A stretch of 63,570 nucleotides of DNA, counting the filler, from a bacterium (lineage in GTDB: Bacteria > JAJRZV01): assembly GCA_024275095.1 (NCBI GenBank). It is 8 parts of 8 records of this genome, joined end to end, with 100 filler letters (N's around TTAATTAATTAA, not from the genome) between each part and the next. Parts side by side here need not be neighbours in the genome. Positions count along the whole stretch, not along the records: positions 51,196 to 55,867 come from JAJRZV010000015.1; positions 55,968 to 59,944 come from JAJRZV010000129.1; positions 60,045 to 63,570 come from JAJRZV010000021.1; 5 more parts are not named here. The stretch is one strand, 5' to 3'. The notes beneath the pieces are model-generated. The model did no database searches, was not told where the DNA came from, and saw only the letters and a list, made by a program, of their open reading frames with translations. A program made the translations under genes and the position numbers. Below, piece by piece: positions 52,700 through 62,925 of the stretch; the stretch's first letter is position 1, and every line of letters starts with the position of its first letter.

Positions 52700-54501
52700 A
52701 AGCACAGAGGAGAAACCTTAAAAAGTCTCTACTTCCTTTGCTCCTTGTCCTTTTCGCCTCCTGTTCCTCGGAGAAGAGTTTGCTGGAAAAGGCACGGTGG
52801 CATCTTGAAAACGGATACTTCAGGGAGGCAGAGGCACTTTACAATGAGGTGATCCAGAAAGAAAAATCGACCTGTGAAGCCCTTTACGGCCGAATGCTGG
52901 CTCATATCTTCACGGCTCTTGGCGCAGCCCTTTCGACAGGTGGAGGACTGGACATCCTTTCCATATACGCGCCTCAAACTTTCAACGCGTCCACTCTTCT
53001 ACCTCTCCAATATAACAACGCGGATATGGATTCGATAGTGGACACATTTCTCGTCCCATTTGAAGAACACCTTATCGACCCTGGAATTGAGTATGCAACG
53101 GAAGTTATCACCAACGCGTGCAGTTTTTACACTGAGAAAGGGATTGAACTCACAGTAAGCATCATTCCCGAGAAGAAAATCTGGCTTGGCAGGGATTTCA
53201 GAACCTACGATGCATTTCTTATGCGAGGCGTGCTTCACTTTGTCAAAGCAGTATTTGATGCGTTGATTTCGCACAACCTGAACATGGCGTACATGGAAGG
53301 TATTACCTATTACACCAGCATAACCCGGATAATAGACCAGATTTCTCATGACCCTGTCGGTGTGTTGAGGGAATTGGCCGTTCTTGTCGATGCAAGTCCT
53401 GAATTCCTCGACTGGAAGGAGGAGAGAAAAAGTCACTTTGCTGAAGTTTCACCCAACATCGCTTGCGGGCTCGAAGATTTTGCTGAGTGGATGAGCGCGG
53501 TGTTTGTGAAAGGGGACCCGGAAGACCCCGACCCCACAGATAATGTTTTTGGATACGTGGATACAAACAACAACCACCTGGTGGATCCCGAAGACCAGCT
53601 ATGGCTTGGCATAATCAATGCATGGTCAGAAGAAGGACCGGTTGAGGTGTTTGGGTTTGAACTCAACGAGTTCCCTGTGAGCATCAGCTCGGGAGACCTC
53701 GCGGGTATTATTCTGTTCGGCATCGGCAACGAATATGTGACCAATGTAATCGCTCTTGTGAAGGAACTGTCCCTTGTCTTCAGTGGCAGGAAACATCGGC
53801 TGGTAAAACTTTCAGAGTTCAACGCATTTGTTCCCTTTGGCTTATCGTTTTTTCCCGACACCATTTCTATAGATTTTTCAAAGCTCCTGCCATCAGACAT
53901 CAACCAGGCTGTACCTCTCAGGCGCCTTTTGCCTGCCTGGGGTACGTATGATCCTCCAGGGAGCAACGGGACCTTCACAGGAGAAGCACATCCTGTGTTT
54001 CTCATCGAAGGAGAACTGGGAAAATCGGCCGATGCGTCCATGCTTGTTCAGGAAGTAACAGCAAACGATCCCCTCACTTTCTGCTATACCTGCAAGCCAG
54101 GGGTTCACTTTAAAAGCGAAGTGTACGGTGCGAGTTCGACCTATTTTGTGCTTGCCCCCGAAGTCTCGGATTTTATGAACCAGAAGTTCGGCAGAAGTTA
54201 CGTGGAACAGATTGCAGACGACTGTCTCAGCCCGGGCAAAGCACAATATACAATTTCGGGAATTACTTCGCCTGTATTTTATGCTTACTGGCAGGACCCC
54301 ACATTTAACGGCAGTCTTTACGTGGATCTCACGAGCATTGCTGATTCAGGAGCGTGTGCAGCCAGGGACGCCGGTTACAGTGGTGACAACATACCGGCAG
54401 ACAATTATTCTCTCAACAAGGCTCTTGTGCACTTCCAGATACAACTTCTTGATACGTTATCTATACTTGATGTGCTGGTGAAGTCGCTGGAGCGAAAATA
54501 A
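52696..54501 (+). CDS. Hypothetical lipoprotein with N-terminal TPR-like helices
   Basis: Lipobox FASC; TPR-like pattern; EF-hand-like DTNNNHLVD; overlaps the upstream stop. Confidence 0.65.
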   Translation: MKAQRRNLKKSLLPLLLVLFASCSSEKSLLEKARWHLENGYFREAEALYNEVIQKEKSTCEALYGRMLAHIFTALGAALSTGGGLDILSIYAPQTFNASTLLPLQYNNADMDSIVDTFLVPFEEHLIDPGIEYATEVITNACSFYTEKGIELTVSIIPEKKIWLGRDFRTYDAFLMRGVLHFVKAVFDALISHNLNMAYMEGITYYTSITRIIDQISHDPVGVLRELAVLVDASPEFLDWKEERKSHFAEVSPNIACGLEDFAEWMSAVFVKGDPEDPDPTDNVFGYVDTNNNHLVDPEDQLWLGIINAWSEEGPVEVFGFELNEFPVSISSGDLAGIILFGIGNEYVTNVIALVKELSLVFSGRKHRLVKLSEFNAFVPFGLSFFPDTISIDFSKLLPSDINQAVPLRRLLPAWGTYDPPGSNGTFTGEAHPVFLIEGELGKSADASMLVQEVTANDPLTFCYTCKPGVHFKSEVYGASSTYFVLAPEVSDFMNQKFGRSYVEQIADDCLSPGKAQYTISGITSPVFYAYWQDPTFNGSLYVDLTSIADSGACAARDAGYSGDNIPADNYSLNKALVHFQIQLLDTLSILDVLVKSLERK

Positions 54502-54637
54502 TCACCTGTGACAAAAAGGCACAAACGGCGTGAAAGGTGCCTCGTACTTGCAAATACTTGTTTCAGGCGCAGGTGGTGTGGGCACGTGGTTTAAGTGTCA
54601 AGAATTGAGAGCAAACCCAGAGATACCTGGTTCTGCG

Positions 54638-55867
54638 TTACGGTTGAATTAAGCAGTTGGGTATATATCTGGCACCATAACCGTAAACAGCGCCGGTAGA
54701 ATCTAATCCTCCAAATATAATCATCTCGGAACCCGTCCACACCGCCGTGTGCATATGTACTCCGTGCAAAGGCGCCTTGGGTATAGCAGTCCAGCGATCA
54801 GAGGCTGGATCATACACAGCTCCTGTGTTAAAGCAGGTAGAAGAACCACAGCCCCCCCATATTATCATCTTTGTTCCTGTCCACACCGCCGTATGAAATG
54901 CTCGAGCAGCTGGTGCCCCCTGATCAGTCATCGGTCTCCAGCTATCGGTATCGGGATTGTATATTCCTCCGCTACTGAGAACTTCTCCATTAATATCCGT
55001 CTTCCCACCCCATATAATCATTTCGCTTCCAGTCCATACGGCCGTGTGACCGAACCTGGCCGAAGGAGCTCCTGTACCAGAAATTTTGGTCCACGAATCT
55101 GTTGCAGGGTTGTATTTATATCCATCATTCCAGACATTTTTACATGCCCCCACCCCATCGAAATCGCACCCACCCCATATAATTACCTCCTTTCCTGTCC
55201 AGATCATGGTATGATCCTGTCGGCTCGTCGGGGCATTTGTGGCAGATAGGGGTTCCCACGTATCAGTGGTGGGGTTATATTTAGCACCATCCCCCAGACT
55301 GACTCCAGCGTCATTTCCTCCAAATATAATCATCTCGGAACCCGTCCAGACCACCCCTTCTCCTATTCTTCCACTTGGGGCTCCGGTATCGGAGATGGGC
55401 ACCCATGTGTCTGATGCGGGATTATATTTGGCCCCCGTAGTTACATGGGCAGCGCAATTTGTAATGGCACCTCCCCACACAAGCATTTCCTCACCTGTCC
55501 AGGCTGCCACATGACGACATCTTGCATCAGGAGCATTTACACTCGGGAGTTCTCTCCACGTGTCCGAAGACGGCGAATATGCAAACCCTGTATTAAACAT
55601 GTCACAGCCTTCTGTTCTGCCGCCCCATATAATCATTTCGGAACCCGTCCAGACTGCCGTATGAGCAGCACGTGGAGAGGGTGCCCTTGTAGAATTTAAA
55701 AGGACCCATTCCCCCTCATCCACAACTCCATTGCAATTGTTATCCCAGCCATCGCATACCTCTGTGCTTTCCACACAGACACCTGCAGATTCAGGGTTGA
55801 GCGCCACCACCCCCAGCGTCACATCCAGCGCGTACTCGCTCAGGCACACGAACTTCACCGTCTCAGC
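54638..55867 (-). CDS. Kelch-repeat protein with a MopE-like/putative metal-binding motif (5'-truncated)
   Basis: EVCDGWDNNCNGVVDEG followed by ~7 repeats of P..R..H.AVWTG.EMIIWGG. Confidence 0.88.
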   Translation of the reverse strand, partial: AETVKFVCLSEYALDVTLGVVALNPESAGVCVESTEVCDGWDNNCNGVVDEGEWVLLNSTRAPSPRAAHTAVWTGSEMIIWGGRTEGCDMFNTGFAYSPSSDTWRELPSVNAPDARCRHVAAWTGEEMLVWGGAITNCAAHVTTGAKYNPASDTWVPISDTGAPSGRIGEGVVWTGSEMIIFGGNDAGVSLGDGAKYNPTTDTWEPLSATNAPTSRQDHTMIWTGKEVIIWGGCDFDGVGACKNVWNDGYKYNPATDSWTKISGTGAPSARFGHTAVWTGSEMIIWGGKTDINGEVLSSGGIYNPDTDSWRPMTDQGAPAARAFHTAVWTGTKMIIWGGCGSSTCFNTGAVYDPASDRWTAIPKAPLHGVHMHTAVWTGSEMIIFGGLDSTGAVYGYGARYIPNCLIQP

Positions 55868-55967
55868 NNNNNNNNNNNNNNNNNNNNNNNNNNNNNNNNN
55901 NNNNNNNNNNNTTAATTAATTAANNNNNNNNNNNNNNNNNNNNNNNNNNNNNNNNNNNNNNNNNNNN
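55868..55967. other. Artificial contig linker
   Basis: N-run/TTAATTAATTAA/N-run. Confidence 0.99.
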
Positions 55968-56321
55968 GAGGCCGCCTTTATTGTCCGGTATATCAAGCGC
56001 GCTAAAAGAAACGACATCACCGGAGCGCAGTAATGGAAGCGTTCGAACTTTTTCTTTTTTGAAAGGTGCCCCGCCCTGCCGAAAGTGAAAGTAAAGAGTT
56101 GCATCTTCAACAGGTTTACCGGAGTACAGAACGTCAAAAAACAGGGAGCTCTCGGGATGTGGTTGAAGTTTGCATGTCGGAGATTTAAGAAATTCGCATG
56201 AATTGAAGTAAAGCAATGTTAATCCTGCAATTATTGCTAAAAAACGTGATGCTTCTTTCATAACACTATCATCAACAAAGTGTAACTTTTTTTCAACCGG
56301 TCCAATACTGATTATGGGCAC
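55968..56321 (-). CDS. Hypothetical exported protein, 3'-truncated
   Basis: Hydrophobic segment plus Cys (possible lipoprotein from MKEAS..); open to the contig edge. Confidence 0.45.
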
Positions 56322-56416
56322 AACAGAATTACATTATGGTTGAAATCATTAAAGTCCGCCTGCTCCACACATGCTGTATGCCGGGCACCTGTGCATTAAA
56401 CGTAATGACGGATTTT

Positions 56417-56839
56417 TTATGCTTTTTCCGCTTCTTCTTTAAAACGCTTTAACATGGCAGGCAGTGAAACCTGAATTACTCTGTTGAGTATCCCTTTGGG
56501 AACAAAGAATCCGAAATCAAGTTCGGCACTGTATGTGACAAAGGTCTTGTTTTTACCTTTCTTCTCAAGTTTCCACGAACCACGATTGTCCTTGAAGTCA
56601 CCCTCTATCTGAACCCATGTTACTTCTTCCGGCTTTTTAAAAGTAAATTCCAGCGTATAACTAAAGCTTTTTACATACTTTACCTGGAACTTCACCACTG
56701 CCTTTTTAGGCGTACGCTTCAAAACTTCAACGGTTTTCACTTCATTGAACATTCCGGGGTAGCGTTCATAGTCGGTGATAACCTGAAAAACCTTTTCTAT
56801 CGGTGCGTTTACCTCAATGCTTTCTGTTGCTGCAGCCAT
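56417..56839 (-). CDS. SRPBCC/polyketide-cyclase (RatA-like) family protein
   Basis: SIEVNAP..KVF.VI.DYERYP; GDFK...GSW.LE. Confidence 0.88.
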   Translation of the reverse strand: MAAATESIEVNAPIEKVFQVITDYERYPGMFNEVKTVEVLKRTPKKAVVKFQVKYVKSFSYTLEFTFKKPEEVTWVQIEGDFKDNRGSWKLEKKGKNKTFVTYSAELDFGFFVPKGILNRVIQVSLPAMLKRFKEEAEKA

Positions 56840-56856
56840 TTGCAACCTCCTGTGAT

Positions 56857-58092
56857 TTATGCTCCAAACTTTTTCAATCTTTCAGCATGAGCCAGAAGTA
56901 ACAACATGATATTCCTCGAACGGATAATACCCAGTTCACCCCGCAGGCAGTCACGTTCGGTGAAACGGCTCTCGGGCGAGCCCAGCACATAGGGTGAGTG
57001 TATGAGGAGTGGCACGGGATGCCAGGAATGACTTTTCATAATGCAGGGCGTGGAGTGGTCACCCGTTATGCACAGCACCGTATCCTTCACAGGAAACAAC
57101 TTTGCAAGCTGTGTATCGAATTCTTCTATCACAGAAACCTTCTTTTCAAAGTTCCCATCCTCACCGTATGAGTCGGTTTTCTTAATGTGCACAAAGAAAA
57201 AATCGTACCTTCCTGAATCCATATATTTCTTCAAAACGTTAATTTCATCTTCGATACTGTCTGTACGTTCCTTGGCCACATCCATTCCGACCAACTTTGC
57301 AATACCCCTGTACATTGGATAGGCAGCAATGGCAAGAGCACGAACGAGATAGCGTTTATAAAATGGTGTAAGTACCGGCTTTACCGAAAATCCCCTCAGT
57401 AAAGCGTAGTTTGCCGGTTGTTCTTTGCCGATAACTTCTCTTATGCGTGTGAGAAGCGTGTGGACAATTTCTGCTGTCTTTTGGGCTTCAGAGGCCTCGG
57501 GGACTATTTTCAACTCGGGCTCTCCTGTCTTTTGGGGATCGTTTTCTGTAACCAGTGCGTGTGCAGGGGTAACAGGATGTGGAAACCGTAGAATAACAAC
57601 AAACCGATGCTCCCGAACGGTATTAAAGATCACCTGAACTCCTTCTATTTCTTGAATGTTCTCGCGGAGTATGGATACAAGCTCCGCATTTTTTTCTGTG
57701 GGAATGCGTCCGGCACGCCTGTCAACAATAATCAATTGACCATTTTCCTCTTCTGCTGTACAGAAATTGCCCCGTATGGCTATATCTGTATCCTCAACTT
57801 CCATTCCAATACCCACAGCTTCAAGCACTCCTCTACCAATGAGGTTCGCCACGGGATCGTAACCAAACAATCCCAGGTGTCCGGGACCTGAACCAGGGAT
57901 AATACCTGGCTCCACAGGGATGTGCATGCCCAGGGCAGACTTTTTCGCAAGAGAATCAAGCATCGGAGTGCGGGCTGCCTCCAGCGGGGTTTTACCGCCG
58001 TATGGAAGATCACCCACTCCATCCAGCACAATTAGCGCGATACGATTCGTTCCCGCTGTGACAATCTGTCCCAGTATTTCTTCATCAATCAT
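56857..58092 (-). CDS. apgM: 2,3-bisphosphoglycerate-independent phosphoglycerate mutase (archaeal type)
   Basis: LDGVGD, TPLEAA.TP, PGSGPGHL.LFGYDP, KTDSYGEDG, TGDHSTP, HSWHPVP. Confidence 0.93.
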   Translation of the reverse strand: MIDEEILGQIVTAGTNRIALIVLDGVGDLPYGGKTPLEAARTPMLDSLAKKSALGMHIPVEPGIIPGSGPGHLGLFGYDPVANLIGRGVLEAVGIGMEVEDTDIAIRGNFCTAEEENGQLIIVDRRAGRIPTEKNAELVSILRENIQEIEGVQVIFNTVREHRFVVILRFPHPVTPAHALVTENDPQKTGEPELKIVPEASEAQKTAEIVHTLLTRIREVIGKEQPANYALLRGFSVKPVLTPFYKRYLVRALAIAAYPMYRGIAKLVGMDVAKERTDSIEDEINVLKKYMDSGRYDFFFVHIKKTDSYGEDGNFEKKVSVIEEFDTQLAKLFPVKDTVLCITGDHSTPCIMKSHSWHPVPLLIHSPYVLGSPESRFTERDCLRGELGIIRSRNIMLLLLAHAERLKKFGA

Positions 58093-58105
58093 AAAAAACC
58101 TCCCT

Positions 58106-59944
58106 TTACGCCTCACGACATCTGACTTTCATACGCTTGCGATCAATGTATAACATTACTTTTTTTCTGCTTCCAGTTTCATCCGAAACCTGTCCGCTCA
58201 TGACCACGAACTGGCATATTTCAGGTACGTATAGAACAGTCTCACGCTGCCTTTTCTCTATGACAATCGCATCAACGGGTTTTTTTTCATAATTGGCTTC
58301 AACATATCTGGCCAGGTAATAAAAAAACCTTTCTGATGCACATGATGCAGCCGCAGATCGTGACTGTTCTGCAGTTGCAAGAAGTTCCTTCATTTCATCC
58401 TCGTTAAAAAGCGGTGATCCTCTGCGAAGGTGCGTGGAGATCTGAACAATATTAATCAGGTCCAGCGCTCTCCTCAAAGGTGAGGTGCCCCAGCCATACG
58501 GTTCCAATCCCACGAACTCATGAGGACCCGGAAGTAACGACGTGATGTTATGCTCAATGCGCCCCATGGACTGATGAAACACGAGAGGATCGCGCATGTC
58601 GCGAAATTGAGGAGCCTCGGGAGGCTCCTCCTTGAGTGTAAGGCGCCGGTAGAAAAAAGGAATTGCATGCCTCTGTGCAAAAAGTGCCAGCAAGTGTGCT
58701 GCAAGATTCATAAATTCGGCAACGGCAATTCTCGAAGGTGTCACCGGCACACGTTGCACTCTCAATTCCTTTGACTCTGGATCCAGTCTTATCTCCAGGG
58801 CCTCACGCATCATCATGAAACCGCCCTGCCTTTCGCGAATATTGAAAATGGCCTGTCCTGCTTGAATGATCGAATGGTTCTTCTGGTTATCCATTTCTTC
58901 ATAAGAGGTGTTATCTTTTACTTCTACCACAACGCGCCTGAGTGTGTAGTGCACAATGGAGTGTCGAGAAATTTCAAAGTAAATTTCGAGTGCTCCCCGA
59001 GTCTCACCCGCTTTTAAACTGAGTGATGCAAGAAGATCTGGAGGCAGCATATCAACCTTAACATCAGGCATGTAAATGGTACTGCCTCTGCGGGTTGCTT
59101 CCTGAACAATTGCACGCCCGCTGGATTCGAATGCCTGCAACGAGGAGGGGTCAGCGATATAAATCCAGCCCCTTGTTACTTTATCCTCCTTTTCTACCCA
59201 AAGAGCATCGTCATAGGTTTCCGTGCCCTCGGGATCAATGCTTACAGGCTTGACATCTGCAGGCTCTCTTTCATCCAACTCTATATCGGGACTTACGGAA
59301 GCCATCTGCCGGGAGAATTCAACAGGAATGTCATATTTAATAATGGAAAGGTTTGTCTCTTCAGTAATAATGCCGTGATTTATGAGAAAGGAACGGGCTG
59401 CATGTGGCGAGTTTATATCAAAGGTGTTCAAAAGTTTTTCCATTCGTTCTCCCTTACGCACCGGCGCACCTTTCACGGCGTATTCCAGTAGCATACTTAT
59501 TAACTCCTGGAATTTCTTGATGCGTGCACCGTCCCCTTCTGCAATAGCCTCAGCAAATTTTTTGATTTTTTCATTCCATTCTTGTTCCTTCTCTCTCCGG
59601 GTTTCCAGTTGTTGCACCTGCTGGGGGGTGTAGGGATAAGCGGTATCCCGGTGAACCTTGAAAAAAATATTTTCATCACCGTGTAACGCTTTGAGCATGG
59701 CGGCTTCTTCATCAGGTGTGCAGTTCTCTTCTCCAAACCACACACGTGCCAGCTCTGTTACAGAAAACGTTCCGCCATCCTGACAGTACTCCCAGAGATC
59801 CCTGAGGTTCACAGTCTGTGAAATTTTCTTTCTGCGCTCTTCGATCGCTTCTACATCATCCTCTTCCACCTGAAGTTCAGCTTTAAGAACAATCTGAGAA
59901 GGACTCACATGTTTTTCTGCACCCCCCGGGATCCTGACCTTTAC
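58106..59944 (-). CDS. RNB-domain ribonuclease (RNase II/R family), 5'-truncated
   Basis: SIDPEGTETYDDAL, IADP, RGSTIYMP...MLP, TSPLRR..D. Confidence 0.85.
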   Translation of the reverse strand, partial: VKVRIPGGAEKHVSPSQIVLKAELQVEEDDVEAIEERRKKISQTVNLRDLWEYCQDGGTFSVTELARVWFGEENCTPDEEAAMLKALHGDENIFFKVHRDTAYPYTPQQVQQLETRREKEQEWNEKIKKFAEAIAEGDGARIKKFQELISMLLEYAVKGAPVRKGERMEKLLNTFDINSPHAARSFLINHGIITEETNLSIIKYDIPVEFSRQMASVSPDIELDEREPADVKPVSIDPEGTETYDDALWVEKEDKVTRGWIYIADPSSLQAFESSGRAIVQEATRRGSTIYMPDVKVDMLPPDLLASLSLKAGETRGALEIYFEISRHSIVHYTLRRVVVEVKDNTSYEEMDNQKNHSIIQAGQAIFNIRERQGGFMMMREALEIRLDPESKELRVQRVPVTPSRIAVAEFMNLAAHLLALFAQRHAIPFFYRRLTLKEEPPEAPQFRDMRDPLVFHQSMGRIEHNITSLLPGPHEFVGLEPYGWGTSPLRRALDLINIVQISTHLRRGSPLFNEDEMKELLATAEQSRSAAASCASERFFYYLARYVEANYEKKPVDAIVIEKRQRETVLYVPEICQFVVMSGQVSDETGSRKKVMLYIDRKRMKVRCREA

Positions 59945-60044
59945 NNNNNNNNNNNNNNNNNNNNNNNNNNNNNNNNNNNNNNNNNNNNTTAATTAATTAA
60001 NNNNNNNNNNNNNNNNNNNNNNNNNNNNNNNNNNNNNNNNNNNN
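59945..60044. other. Artificial contig linker
   Basis: N-run/TTAATTAATTAA/N-run. Confidence 0.99.
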
Positions 60045-60083
60045 AAAAAAAATCCCCGGACCCGAATGCTCAGGCCCGGGGAT
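60045..60083 (-). terminator. Intrinsic terminator (riboswitch expression platform)
   Basis: Minus strand ATCCCCGGGCCTGA-loop-TCGGGTCCGGGGAT followed by a T run. Confidence 0.8.
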
Positions 60084-60143
60084 GCCGTTTTCCATCCTCG
60101 GTCGTCCCCTTCCCCCAGTCCACGAGGGGCGGAGACCTATGTC

Positions 60144-60306
60144 CGGATGAGCAGGTCTTCCGGCTTCCGGATCATCCTACTCGCCGCGCCTTCCCGTCCT
60201 TAACGGACAGTGGCATTCGTGCGGCTTTCGTCCCCGGTCACGGCGGCGGGTCCGCGACGGATTCTCACCGTCTTCCCTTTTAAGGCCCTCTCAGGCCACT
60301 CATCCG
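60144..60306 (-). ncRNA. Cobalamin riboswitch
   Basis: Minus strand AAAAGGGAAGACGGTGAGAATCCGTCGCGGACCCGCCGCCGTGA..GCCACTG..GGGAAGG..GAAGCCGGAAGACCTGC (B12 box); P1 CGGATGAGT/GCTCATCCG. Confidence 0.92.
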
Positions 60307-60315
60307 TGGCAAAAT

Positions 60316-60344
60316 AAAATACTCACTCTGCTTGATTTGGTCAA
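60316..60344 (-). promoter_or_regulatory. Putative sigma70 promoter of the riboswitch leader
   Basis: TTGACC-N17-TATTTT ending ~10 nt before P1. Confidence 0.55.
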
Positions 60345-60562
60345 GCCTTTTGTTTCAAGTCCGCAACAATACGAACAAGCAACCCCAAAATACGCTCAAA
60401 ATTATGGTCGCTTTTATCCACCCACAACCGACGTTATCACGTGCGTGAAGTTCACCCCCGCGCATGCATTGTCATAAACGTGTGCGCACAACTCTTTCAT
60501 CCTGCAAAACCTCATCAATGTCCACCAAGGAGAGACCAACCCAAAAACGTCGGACAAAACTT

Positions 60563-61783
60563 CTACAACAACCTCTTCTCGCCCTCGATCTTCTTTATAT
60601 CCGTGATGTCCTGTGTCACTTCCAGAGACCCCAGGTAATTCCCGCTTTTATTGCGAACAGCAAAGTAACGGATATGAATCAACCTGCCTCCCAGCTCAAT
60701 CCAGAACTCGGCCGCATCCCTGCGCCCGCTTTTGAAATCCTCCAGTATTTGGTTGACCACGTGAATGCTCTTTTGAGGGTGACACTGCTGGACCTTGCGC
60801 CCGATTATTGCTTTTGTTCTCGGGAAAATTCTTTCCCGTGACTCGCTGAAATAGCGGACAGTATCTTCTTTATCCACAAATGTAATATCCAGGGGTAGCG
60901 TGTTGAAAATCGCTTCAACCTCTTCCTTTGATAAGTTCCCTGTCTTGAAAGAAACCTTTTCTTTCGCGTCGGATTCGTAGATCATTGAAGGTGTCTCCGT
61001 TCTTTCACTGACAACAATTGCCATTGCAGAGGGGGGAGTGAAGCAACAATACCCAAGTTCGTCAAATTGACGCCTTATCTCCTTCCACTCGCCTTCTTCT
61101 ATAACCTTCAAAGATGCAGGGAAAAGGATGTTGTTCTCCTTGTAAAAATGGCTTGAAAGCATATCGGCAAGGGCTGTCGCCACCTCCTCCAGTTGCTCCG
61201 CAAAGTCTTTAAAGTCCATATCACCGAAAGCATCAACAAGCCTGTAAACTTTCTTTTTAATCCCTCTTATCTCATTGTGCTCGCTCCACATGATCGCAGG
61301 GGGCTGTGTAATTCCGTGTTTCTCAAGATACGGAAACAGGATGTTTTCTTCCCGCAAATAGTGGCTTTCGGACTCCTTGAAATGCTCCGCAATGTGGTTT
61401 AGTTGCGTCACGTTTTCACCGGCAGAGTCGAAATCCCTGGCGCTCTTTATCTTCATCGCGGTATTTTTCAATTCCCCGGCGAACTTCAGAAGCATCTTGT
61501 GCTCTTCCATGAGTATATGAACCGGATGCCCCGCCGGCGCCAACACCTTCCCTTTCTCAAGTGACTCTCGAAACACTGCAATGTGAACATCACAAAGCCT
61601 CTGCACCTCTTCCCTCGGCATGCCTTCATTTACAAGTTCCTCTTCCATCTGTGCGATCTCAGTCGGCGTCACATCTTTCATCAATTCCTGGAACTCTTGC
61701 TTTATCTCCTCAAAGTCCGCTCCCTCGTGCAATCTTTTTATTAACTTCTTCAGCACTTCTTTCCTGTCAAACAATTCACTCAC
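60563..61783 (-). CDS. DUF438 + hemerythrin-like + PAS_10 domain protein
   Basis: EI..ME.EL..EG, LCDVH; GHPVH.L..EH, HY.REENILFP; LPLDITFVD..D.VRYFS, CHPQKS; GTG start after AGGAGG. Confidence 0.9.
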   Translation of the reverse strand: MSELFDRKEVLKKLIKRLHEGADFEEIKQEFQELMKDVTPTEIAQMEEELVNEGMPREEVQRLCDVHIAVFRESLEKGKVLAPAGHPVHILMEEHKMLLKFAGELKNTAMKIKSARDFDSAGENVTQLNHIAEHFKESESHYLREENILFPYLEKHGITQPPAIMWSEHNEIRGIKKKVYRLVDAFGDMDFKDFAEQLEEVATALADMLSSHFYKENNILFPASLKVIEEGEWKEIRRQFDELGYCCFTPPSAMAIVVSERTETPSMIYESDAKEKVSFKTGNLSKEEVEAIFNTLPLDITFVDKEDTVRYFSESRERIFPRTKAIIGRKVQQCHPQKSIHVVNQILEDFKSGRRDAAEFWIELGGRLIHIRYFAVRNKSGNYLGSLEVTQDITDIKKIEGEKRLL

Positions 61784-62034
61784 AACACGACCTCCTTTTC
61801 TGTATTTGTTCCTTCTGTGATTGTACCATCCCCATCGGGAACAGGAGACTTCGCACAATGGAACCCGGTCCAGTCATACCAACCAGTGTAACCTTCCCCC
61901 GTATTTCACACAACCGGCAGGGGTTCACCCGCCTTCTTCGGTTACGAAAATTAATATCGTCGAGTTTTTTTAATGAGTCAGCACATAACGTTATATGACA
62001 GTGAATTTGAATTTTTTAGATTAACTGGTTTGAA

Positions 62035-62274
62035 TTATTCCGGTATTTTTTCAGCGGTGACAACAAATAGCGTATCTGAATAACGTGCCAATCCGATTTT
62101 GCGAAGAGCTTTTGATAATAATGGAACTTGGCCGTAATAAATATATTCCAATACTTGGAATCCAAGACCCTGGAGCATTTCTTTTATATGATTTGTTGTG
62201 CATACATGGCGAACAAATTTGTGTATTGCCCGCCCAATTTTTGTTTTGTATTTTGTCCCTGGCTTCTGAACTGT
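62035..62274 (-). pseudogene. Possible C-terminal remnant of a class I methyltransferase-like gene
   Basis: Start-less open frame ..TNHIKEMLQGLGFQVLEYIYYG..SDTLFVVTAEK in AT-rich DNA. Confidence 0.3.
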
Positions 62275-62502
62275 TTAAATTCCTAAGTTCGCCCTGACTC
62301 ATCTTATACAGTTGTGTTTAAAAAGTTCTTATAAATCAACGTGTTATGGATACGCAATTTTCTTTTGGCACCACGTTTTTCTATCGCAGGAAAGAAAGGG
62401 TGTTTATTTAGTTTTCTTTCTCTACGGGTATCAAAATGCGTTGACCCGGAATGTTCCATTACCTCTCACCCAACGTGCTTTTCGGTTCGAACAGGGGTAT
62501 AA

Positions 62503-62925
62503 CTACACCTGCGAAAGCCTGGTAATTGATGGAAGCCTCTTCACACGCTCCGCAAACCTGTAATCCGCTGTAATAAGTTTCTTCTTTTCTCTTACGGCCA
62601 GAGCGAGAAAATATGCGTCATAAACGGTAATATCATACTTACAGGCAATTTCAATTGAATAACGCAAAACCTCCTGATCAGCACCTCTCACTTCAACACC
62701 CAGCGCAATTATACTATCAACTGCCTCCTTAACATCATTTGCATCCAGGCTCCTGTTGTACCTTAAGGCATTTGCAAGCTCGTAAAGCAAAAGGTCCGGG
62801 ACTATCCCACGCCACCTGCCCTCTGCTATCCTGTCCCTCACAGCAATGGCTTTTTCAAGATCCCCTTCATCGTATTCGCTGAACCACTTCACTACCACCG
62901 AGGTGTCTATCACAAAGGACCTCAT
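62503..62925 (-). CDS. vapC: VapC-family PIN-domain toxin
   Basis: VIDTSVVVKW, PDLLLYE..N, YDAYFLALA, LITAD. Confidence 0.93.
   Translation of the reverse strand: MRSFVIDTSVVVKWFSEYDEGDLEKAIAVRDRIAEGRWRGIVPDLLLYELANALRYNRSLDANDVKEAVDSIIALGVEVRGADQEVLRYSIEIACKYDITVYDAYFLALAVREKKKLITADYRFAERVKRLPSITRLSQV

Noticed and set aside
54638-55700. Regularly spaced nucleotide repeats (ATAATCAT.TCGGAACCCGTCCA) resembling a CRISPR array
   Set aside because: They encode the WTGSEMII motif of Kelch repeats inside an ORF, with ~150-nt period and no cas genes.
9881-60044. Seven identical TTAATTAATTAA palindromes in N runs, superficially a regular repeat
   Set aside because: Artificial contig-joining linkers. 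Adjacency across them (ndk-murB, tRNA-Arg/tRNA-Leu, IS256-tRNA, riboswitch-RNB) is not biological evidence.
61982-61997. CACATAAC/GTTATATG palindrome resembling collapsed integron attC core sites
   Set aside because: No internal attC structure, no second site and no integrase; too short to support.
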